Shown here one piece after another: positions 23,530 through 38,078 of a stretch of 38,078 nt of DNA. The position numbers and the translations under genes are program-made. Source of the stretch: Ministeria vibrans ATCC 50519 (taxonomy: Eukaryota; Protista; Filasterea); the NCBI GenBank assembly GCA_943704425.1, contig CALSCP010002085.1, forward strand, positions 77,269 to 115,346. Reading direction: 5' to 3'. Under the pieces are notes generated by a model. It saw only the letters and a program-made list of their open reading frames with translations, was not told the origin of the DNA and ran no database searches. Each line of letters starts with the position of its first letter. Positions within the stretch are counted from its first letter, which is position 1.

Positions 23530-25581
23530 GTATTTTTTCTTGTTTTTGTTTTTGTTTCTGGTTTTTTTTTGTTTTTTTTTGTTTTCATCGTCTCGTTTCT
23601 CTTTTCTTCTGTCATGGTGGATATTAAGGCAAGCTGGTGGAGGAGAGCGACGCAACTCAAAGCGGTCTCGCACTCTCGCGTCTGAAGTGACGGAAGAAGA
23701 AGAATTGAGGTGGGTGGAAACCTATTGATTGTGTGTGTCTGTGTGTTTCTTTTGTCTTGTTTTTTTTTATACGTAACGGCAATTTATATGGGGTATCAAT
23801 CCCTTCAAACAAACAACAAACAATGTATCAATATTCTCAGAGGAGGAAAAAAAAGAAAAAAAAGACAAAGATTTGTTCTCCAGCGAAAAAGATATTTGTG
23901 TCATGTTTTCATCAGGCGTTTCTTTCTCTCTTCTCTTGTTCGATGCAACAACTGCAGGACCCCATTCACGCGACCGGCTCTCTAAGTGGCTTCATGATTT
24001 GCGATGGTCGTGTGTGTGCGTGTGTGCGTGTGTGTGTGTGTGTGTTTGCAACTGGGTGGGGATCAAGGGTGGTAGTTGTGTGTGTGTGTGTGTGTGTGTG
24101 TGGTAGTCGATTTCGATCAGGTACGCTTCGTCGTTTGGTGTTTTGTGTGCTCGTAATTTCTTCAATCACCGGCCCGCTCTTCTGAACCTTTTTTTCTTCT
24201 TTTGAAGAAAAAATAAGGTAGCCAAAGAAAGTCTAAAGTAATTTTGTGACTTTTGGATACTGGCCATGTCCGTCACTTTCCCGTGTTTGCTTGTTTTTCT
24301 TTCGACTTGTTTCTTTTTGGGAAACGAGGAAATGACCTAAAAGAGAGAGATCAGCACAATTCGAGTTTGCCGTCGGTTGGTATTGGTGTGTGATTGTGTC
24401 ACACTGACTCTTTTTGTCTGTCTTTTCTCTCTTTCTCTCCCTCTCTCTTATTCACAAAAGAAGAAAGAGACAAGAAAAAAGAAAAACAACAAACGCTTTG
24501 GGGAGGTGCGGACTTGGTCTGATACCGATTCTCACGAGGGGTAAACGTGTCTCAAGATGATGGGAGGAAAAAAGAAAAACAAGTGTGTGTCTGGTGGGTT
24601 TGGGTGTGAGTGTGTGAGGAATATGGTACGAGTGAGGTATTAATTAGTGGGGATGTGGACCTTGGTGGAGGATGACAAGTGTATCATCTTGTTGACACTT
24701 TGAGGAACCCTCTACTTTTTTTTGTCTCACTCCATTTTCCCGCACACACACTCAAAACTCACCATTCCCTCTTTCAATAATCTTTTTTCTCACCTGACTC
24801 TTGTCCACGTTGTTTCACCCCCACTATTGATCGACTCAGTTGTTCAAGTCGTCACTCTCAATCTCTCCCTTCAACTATAATGAGGGAGGCTCGACCAGAC
24901 ACTCGGCAGGCAGTAAGGTTTCCCCTTCCTTTTCAGCCTCCCCAGTTGGAAATCGTCTGTTTGTTTCCATTTCTCCGTTCTGCTCGTGCGCTCCTCTTTG
25001 ACATTCACTTTGGACGCGAGACAAAAAAAAAGCATTTTGCAGCCACCTTCTGCAATAGTGTCTTTTTTAATACTTTGTGGCACCCGAGAAAGTAGCATAG
25101 TTGGTGTTGTGTGTGTGTGCATTATTTGTGTGTAAAATGGGAGTGTGTGTTCTCTCTCGAGTCGTTCTCTCTCTTCTTCCGTGTGAAAGGGGAGAACAAT
25201 GGAAGAACCAACGTAGAAAACGACGATGAAGGATTGACGTAGTGTGTTAGTTTTTTGTTTTGATTGTGCGTGTGGTAAAGACGTGTCATTCTAACATGTT
25301 CGATTTTCTTGTTTTGTCTTTTCTTTGGTTCGGTTCTCATCTTCGTAGAAAAACAAAACAAAAAAGTGCACGTCTCAACCTAAAAAGATAAAAACGGAGG
25401 AGGAAGAAATTGTAAAGAAGGAGCTTTGGAGGAGACGCACATTTTAATCATATTAATAAACAACAAACGAAACCACTTTTCAATGTAACCGAGTGAATTT
25501 TTAGCGATCGATTACACTGATGAATGGTTCAGCAGATGAGTAAAATAAAGGCAAAAGATTGTTCCGTTCGAAGAGTGTATT

Positions 25582-27965
<2,384 letters not shown>

Positions 27966-28681
27966 GATACACTATACAAAAAAACAATAATAATGATAAA
28001 TGAATAAAACATTTTTTTTTGAGTCTAAAACGAATAGGAAACGAATAGTAAGTATGTGTAATGTGACCGCTGATCTCAGTGACCTGCGTATGCGGAATGG
28101 CCTCAATCACCCACCCACTGACCCACTCACTCACTGGCTACCTCTATTTGGTTCTGCTACTGTGCAATGGCCGACACTAAGTAGGAGCGTTGGGTTAACT
28201 GTGTACGACACTCGAGCAATAAGTGTATGGGCTGACAGGGCTGCACTGTCTGCACAGTAGTGGTCAGTGGTGCTCGTTCCGTCGACCTGTTTTAATTGCT
28301 CCTTCCTCTTGGCTTGCGATTGGGGGACCTACGTCTTTCGCTCTCTTTACGCACTCCGTACTACCATAATTTACGATGTATTTCTTGGAGTACATGTGCT
28401 GTTTGGAGCATGTGTAGTCTGTTGGGCGAGGATGTGGGGTGGCGGAGGATCGTGATTTCATGTGAGAGCCGTTCTCGTTTATTTTTTCTTTTTTTTTTCT
28501 TTTTTTTACTCGCGTCACGTGCTCGTGCCTTCAAACCGCGGCATTTCTTTACAGCCTTAGGGCTTACTGCGCGAGTTACGGGTGTGTGATACGATTGGGT
28601 TGACCGTGTTGGAATAGTGTTCTTTTTTCGCATTTTGATTCTTTGTCATTTTTCGTCTTTAGTTTCTCCCCTGGGCCGACT

Positions 28682-30377
28682 ATGGCATCATCATCAGATG
28701 ATCCAGGGCCGTCGAAACGGGCCAGACTAACTGAAGCATTCCCTGACTTTAATATTCGATCGCCCGCGCAGTATCCAGAAGAGGTCCGCAGAGTCGGTGT
28801 GACTGCGGATGACGAGCGAGACTTTTGCAGGCCATTTCCCAACGCGAAGCCAGATCGTCGTAAAACTTCGATGTGGGGGGATTATCCTGGCTACAATGAC
28901 GTACTCTATTGCAAGTAACGTTTGCTCACAAATCTAATACCCACTTTTTAGTTTCGAATTATCACCCGCTACAATTTTAAAGGCGGCGTTGGAAAAACCA
29001 CTAGTACCTTTGCCAGCGGCTGGTCTATGGCCGAATCGGACACGGACAGGAGAGTACTGCTGGTTGATGCCGACCCGCAGTGTAATTTGACCCAACTCAT
29101 TCTTGGTCGCACTGTCAAGTATCAGACGAACGATGATTATGGAGAGTATTTCAGACAGGACGGATTTACTGGCAGGTACAACCTTACTTTGGCGCTTGCC
29201 CCAATAATTATAGTTGACAATCAGGACATTGAGCCCGCTCAAATCATTCAAGTTGGCGGCCTTGATAATCTGTTTCTGCTTGCTGGAGACCAGCATATTT
29301 ACTTTATTGACCAGAAGCTAGGCCGCGCTATCGAAGACCCTGACAATTTTTCGAGAAAATTTGGCGTTTTTTATCACATGTTGAAAATGACTGCCGCCGT
29401 CTATAAGATTAAGACCATCATCATTGATCTCCCACCTAATCTGAGTGCACTCACCCGTTTGGCAATCATGACCAGCCACTATTTTGCGATTCCATGCACC
29501 GCAGACTTCTTTTCTTGGGAAGCTATTCGCCTGTTGCGAAATGTATTTGTGGACCCGCCGCACGATGTCGAGATGGATAACGATGATGAGCCCACTCTTG
29601 AAGGCCTTGACTTGCTGCAATATGCCATTAATCAACAGTTTTTGAGAACTGGGGCATGGCACGCTTGGTACGGGCGAATGCTCCGCGAACATACCCGCAC
29701 CCAAACGTACGTCAAGTTTTCATTACTATTATTATTTCCCCCTATTTCTTTTTGGTTGTGATCTTCCTTCAAAGTTGTTGTTTTCTCTAACCGTGTCTCG
29801 CGATAGGTATAAGCTGCCGGATCACCATAAAGATCTTAAGGAGCACTTCCCTGATGGATTTGGACCACGCTTGCTTGGTGCACAAATTTGCCGCTTTGAC
29901 GCACATTTTTCTAGCGGCTCTGTTCGTCGTATGGTCCGTAATTCTCAGTATTGGTACGAAAAGCTTCAATCGTCGCTATTGTTATTAAACAATGTTTTGC
30001 CACTGAGCATGAAATGTCTGGCCATGAAGCAAACGAATGCTGTTCACGATTATGTTATGGATAAAAGTCCTGCTATTCAGGATCGCACGCGTGAGTGGCA
30101 CACTCAACATGGACTGTCTCTTGGGGAAGTTGAGCACCACAATCAACTCGGGGCAATAAGTCAACGAGAAAGCCTCCCCGTCCACAAGCTTAAAAAAGTT
30201 CATCTCAAAGTGCCGGCAAACGATGAACCCAATGCGCCTTTGGTCGTTCCCTCAGGAGTCGATGCAATGATGGTTGCCATTGCACGGCACCGAGTAGACT
30301 ATGAGCGATACACGGAACGCATGAAAAATCTCATGTGGTATTGTGAGCACAAAGGACCCACGCCAACAAGATCTTGA
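28682..30377 (+). CDS. ParA/Soj-family (SIMIBI) ATPase of bacterial type; exons 28682-28900, 28952-29706, 29807-30377
   Basis: Deviant Walker A NFKGGVGKTT, RVLLVDADPQCNLT, NLFLLAGD, IIIDLPPNLSALTRLAIMTSHYFAIPCTADFFS; two GT-AG introns with matching phases (0 and 2). Confidence 0.88.
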
Positions 30378-30682
30378 TCTCGCGATCTCGCACAGTAATA
30401 ATAATAAGAATAANNNNNNNTGAGCGATACACGGAACGCATGAAAAATCTCATGTGGTATTGTGAGCACAAAGGACCCACGCCAACAAGATCTTGATCTC
30501 GCGATCTCGCACAGTAATAATAATAAGAATAATAATAAAATTAATAATAAAATTTGGAGCGGAAGAAAAAGCTAAACATCACAAAAGCTCATGCGCGATT
30601 CAGCATACAAGCGTGTCAAGATAGCGATACTGAATAAGCGCTCAACAGAGGATAATTAGATGCAATCAATCAGATGAATAAA

Positions 30683-30797
<115 letters not shown>

Positions 30798-30815
30798 TGC
30801 AAATTTTCGGGCGGC

Positions 30816-33726
<2,911 letters not shown>

Positions 33727-34007
33727 CAATAAAATTTCTATTTCGGATTTGAGATTTTGTCTATTTTCAAAATAATACGTAATCAGCTTCTTCAATTATT
33801 ACGATTATTTTTATCAATGCGAAATTTGTCATTGAAATAAAATAATTAATTAATGATGATAACAGATAATTGAAGAAGCAATAAAGGAGAATGTCCTTCT
33901 GTAACTGCCGTTGACATTGGCAAGCCGGGGGGAAAAATTTCCGGGAAGGGATGAGTTTGTTTAACAGTTTTTCCACCACTGTGCTTGTTGTAATATACAA
34001 AATAACG

Positions 34008-34328
34008 TCAATCATCGCCATCAATGACATGGTGCAGCATTTCCAGCTCAGTCTGCAGCGTGTGCATGCGCCACGTCCCACGGCCTCCAAAATCCATCCT
34101 ACAACGTCACACATTTTGTTATATTAAGAATGTATACAGATGATATACACTAGTGTCATACCGTGGCGGATTGGCTCCTTGCTCGCGCTGCTTCTCCTGC
34201 ATGAGCAAATGTGTGTGTCGCACAAGCGAATCAAACGAATGGCCTCTTCGCGACGGATAAATCCGATTAAACCCGCCCTACGAAGAAACAGACCAAATCA
34301 ATGACAATGAACATAATTAAAACGGAAG

Positions 34329-34413
<85 letters not shown>

Positions 34414-34442
34414 GCACACACACACACACACAAAATAATTAG

Positions 34443-34475
<33 letters not shown>

Positions 34476-37453
34476 ATGATTAATATTAACCATTTGAAGG
34501 GCCTCTCGGCGCGCAGCCAAAAGCGACTCCAGATCACGATAGTCCAGGCAATGACGCACATCGGCCATCGCATAGGGGTCAGAGCACACATCGGGATCTG
34601 CCGGCTCATGAATCCCCACAATGGCCAGCTCGCGCGCCAGCACACGCGCCGCCCTCTGTGGGTGGTACACCATGTTCAGCACATCGGTCATCAGTGCCTT
34701 TTTCATTGTGTCGTAGCGACTCCCATTGTTCCCACTCAGTTCCATCGACGGACTTCCATTCACTTCAATCACTTTTGGAGTCATATCACTGTCGAGAATC
34801 ACATCCACTCCCAACAGTTGATAACACTACAGTACACAATACATCAAAAATGTCAGATATTGCGGATGAGTATTACATAATAGCACTATCATATTATATA
34901 ATTAAGGTCATGTGTACGTTGAAACAGTCAAACCCGGGTTTTAACGAGTCAAAGTGGGTTCTTAAACGCGGCTCAGCTGACAAAAGAACCTTCACAATCG
35001 CATCGGAAATGCTCTACAGGATAATAATATTTGATCAGTAATAATAATAATTATATTGCTTGTACTATTATTATTTTCATCTCGTCTTATGTGCAATCGA
35101 GTAACAATTAGTATATAATTAACTGTACCTGAAAGATCTTGTAGCCCGAAATGCCAGTGGTCGCGAGATACTCCTTTAAGCGACGAAAAGACCAAGTGAG
35201 GTCATTGACATTGACAAACTTTTTATTGATGCTGGTGTTGGTGAGAAACTGCGTCTTGTCGCCGCCGTTGTGCGCACTCTGATCGTACGGCTGTGAGGCA
35301 AACCGCACGAGGCCTTCCTTGTACATGTACGCGCGGAGGGGACTAATAGACGTCACCAGGATGTATCTGGTGCGAGGGGGATAAATATTATTATTATTAT
35401 TTCATTATTATAATAACAAAGTTCGCCTTTGCTTTTTCTTACGTTCTAAGATCGTATTTGTATCCCTTGACAAGAGAAGGAGAGTTCATGTACTCTATAT
35501 AAAAACAAAAAGACAATGTAACACACAATTCAACACAATACGATAAAATATTATAATTATAATAATTTTAAATTTTTTTTACCCTGAATGATCAGCGTCT
35601 CATTGGCATGTTGCGACTGAAGCTCATTGAGATCATCAACAACAAAGATGCCTCGGCCTCCCCCATGGTCTGTGGGCTTGGCAATAAACTTGACGCGCGG
35701 ATGCAGTTGCTCACTCTTCACCTGTGCGAGAAGTGCCTCTTCCGTGTCAGCCGCTGTCGTCGACTCATTGGCTGTTGTCGACAGTTCATTTGAAGAGGCT
35801 CCCGTTTGGTCTGCGTATTCGTCGGCAAATGACGATGTCCCGTGCCCACTGCGTCCCTTTGCGACACTGAACCGTTTTACACTCTCATAGTCGCGCGGAA
35901 ACATCCAACACAGAAACACAAACGACTGCAAAATGTTGTGCAAAATAATTGTAGTAAATATCTACGACAAACGAGAAAGCTTCCTTCGGCTTTCAGTACC
36001 TGGTCTCCGTTGAAGCGATCAAGAGCAAACTTCATCGTCTCGCAGAATGCATCTTTCTTCCACAAAATATCCTGCAAAACAAAACACGTACATAAATTAT
36101 TAATATANNNNNNNNNNNNNNNNNNNNNNNNNNNNNNNNNNNNNNNNNNNNNNNNNNNNNNNNNNNNNNNNNNNNNNNNNNNNNNNNNNNNNNNNNNNNN
36201 NNNNNNNNNNNNNNNNNNNNNNNNNNNNNNNNNNNNNNNNNNNNNNNNNNNNNNNNNNNNNNNNNNNNNNNNNNNNNNNNNNNNNNNNNNNNNNNNNNNN
36301 NNNNNNNNNNNNNNNNNNNNNNNNNNNNNNNNNNNNNNNNNNNNNNNNNNNNNNNNNNNNNNNNNNNNNNNNNNNNNNNNNNNNNNNNNNNNNNNNNNNN
36401 NNNNNNNNNNNNNNNNNNNNNNNNNNNNNNNNNNNNNNNNNNNNNNNNNNNNNNNNNNNNNNNNNNNNNNNNNNNNNNNNNNNNNNNNNNNNNNNNNNNN
36501 NNNNNNNNNNNNNNNNNNNNAATATTATTATTCATTTCTCTCCCTTTCAACAAATATAACGTATTACTCGTGTCCCGTGAATGCGAGATATTTTCTGAAA
36601 ACGCCGGAGTGTGGGGTACTCGGTGCCATTGAGACAGTTGTCGTCCATATCGCCAATTCCAATGCAAACAATGCCACTGACAAGCTAATTAGAAGCAATG
36701 TTAGCGTACAAACGTCGTACTAACTTGTCAAATCCGTGCTGCACTAGCACACGGTCTGCATGGATCATGATCAGCAGTACCTCCTCACGCGCTAGAGTCA
36801 CGTTCACAGACCTGCGCAAGTGCAGCTTGGTCGATTTGATGGCAGCGCGATACTGAAACAGCATAATTATGTATGATTAGAGTGAATGCATTCGTGTCAT
36901 GTTGTACTTACCGTGTTCAAATCCCTCTTGCGAATCCACCGTTTTCCCTTGATAATCAAGTCTGGTCGTGCTGTGCGGCCTTCATTCAACTCCTAAACGT
37001 ATATCGTTATGATTTTTTCTGACGTTGAGTGACACAAAACAACACTTTCTCTTCCACACGACACAAGAAGCAGCCGAGAGCAATGCCGACCGGTAGACAC
37101 AAACACAGACCCCATAGTGCATCCTGGATGAGCACAGACGTGCTGCTTTCATGGCGGCTGACCTTTTCAATCTGGTGAAGCTGTGTGAAAAGTGGGTACT
37201 TTTTGGCAAACGCCGCAACGGTGTGCTCGTCGTCGTCCAGACCGGCGGCGACGACGGGCACGGGCACGGCGACGCGTCGAGGGGCAATCTCGGTGAGCCT
37301 GTCCTTCGACGTGGCCCCCGTGCTGTCGGCAACCTCCACTATATCAACGTGCACTGTCTCCAGCACCGACAGAACAATGCCAACGGCCGCCAGGCAGAAC
37401 GACGCCCCGATCAACGTGAATATCAGTCGCCTTGACGTCACCTGGTACCGCAT
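34008..37453 (-). CDS. Type II membrane TTL-family ATP-grasp ligase, resembling the N-terminal domain of CPED1; multi-exon with an N gap in one intron
   Basis: N-terminal signal anchor RRLIFTLIGASFCLAAVGIVLSVL; FIAKPTDHGGGRGIFVV, KYDLR..YILVTSISPLRAYMYKEGLVRFA, FLTNTSINK, LLGVDVILDSDMTPKVIEVNGSPSM, GGFNRIYPS. Confidence 0.85.
34331..34432. repeat. (CA)n microsatellite in a TTL-like intron
   Basis: Directly visible. Confidence 0.95.
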
Positions 37454-37645
37454 CGTCCAAAAAAGTGAAAGTGTAAAATTATATGTGATTTTTGGACCAA
37501 TGGATCTGAAAGGTGTCACTTTTATGTACAAAAATTTGATCGTAATTCGTAAACAATTCAAAAGAATAAACACAACAATGGTATTGTAATAATTATATTT
37601 ACTATTGTTCTTAGGTTTGTACAAAGGCGAGCTGGATTAGTGTGC

Positions 37646-37936
37646 TCACTTGAGTGCGTCTTGCTTGAGGCGAGTTGCCACGGCGGAGCGTGTGAGGTCG
37701 TGTATCACGACAGTTACTTGAAGGACAACCCCCACAGCAAGAACCATAGGAAAGTTGGCGTCAAACAGCTCGCGTGCACCCAGTAAGGCGGCAACCATGG
37801 CAAGGGGCTGCAGCAGGGTACCGCCCAGAACGCCGTGCCATCGCGCCACCGGTGCGCCAAGCTCCTTTTTCACTCGAAGTTTGTGACGACCCGACAACAA
37901 CATTACAATTGTGCATGCGAGTACAACGAGACCAAC
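37646..37936 (-). CDS. Terminal exon of an unidentified multi-pass membrane protein; the 5' part lies beyond the window
   Basis: AG acceptor just upstream of 37936, then an open frame VGLVVLACTIVMLLSGRHK..LAVGVVLQVTVVIHDL..LK-stop with hydrophobic segments; preceded by a microsatellite-filled intron. Confidence 0.55.
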   Translation of the reverse strand, partial: VGLVVLACTIVMLLSGRHKLRVKKELGAPVARWHGVLGGTLLQPLAMVAALLGARELFDANFPMVLAVGVVLQVTVVIHDLTRSAVATRLKQDALK

Positions 37937-37966
37937 CTAAGCAGATGATGAATAGCGCGTTCGCCT

Positions 37967-38030
37967 ACACACATACACACACACACACACACACACTCTC
38001 TCTCTCTCTCTCTCTCTCTCTATCACTTTG

Positions 38031-38078
<48 letters not shown>
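37967..38078. repeat. Compound (CA)n(CT)n microsatellite
   Basis: Directly visible. Confidence 0.95.

Noticed and set aside
30302-30532. 112-bp direct duplication of the ParA 3' end
   Set aside because: The copies flank a 7-N gap; same scaffolding artifact.
27990-30660. ParA gene as cargo of a transposon or integrated virus
   Set aside because: I found no terminal inverted repeats, target-site duplication, transposase or viral genes in the flanks.

Overview
Gene-dense, intron-rich eukaryotic genomic DNA (standard code, GT-AG introns often filled with (CT)n/(CA)n microsatellites, several N gaps). A receptor tyrosine kinase with HRDLAARN, a CREBZF-like bZIP, a tensin-type C1-PTP-C2 protein and a CPED1-like ATP-grasp point to a holozoan, probably a unicellular one (inference). 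I reconstruct 13 complete or nearly complete genes plus one terminal exon: RTK (+), DDX46/Prp5 (+), NTT/TLC nucleotide transporter (+), MATE (-), ferric reductase (-), neutral ceramidase (+), caspase-NB-ARC-TPR NLR-like protein (-), small bacterial-like membrane protein (+), CREBZF-like bZIP (+), PDCD2 (-), ParA-family ATPase (+), tensin-like phosphatase (-), type II membrane TTL-like ligase (-), and the last exon of an unknown membrane protein (-). The strongest candidate for an undescribed system is the apparently intronless NLR-like gene. It has an intact peptidase C14 His/Cys dyad, NB-ARC, near-identical 126-bp TPR repeats with a few variable codons and a C-terminal tail anchor, and it sits head-to-head with an intronless bacterial-type membrane protein. 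Other highlights are HGT-like NTT and ParA genes that carry introns, an RTK with a ZU5/HFS autoproteolysis-like motif, and a CPED1-like lumenal ligase with catalytic motifs apparently intact. All family calls come from motif recognition by eye; no searches were run.
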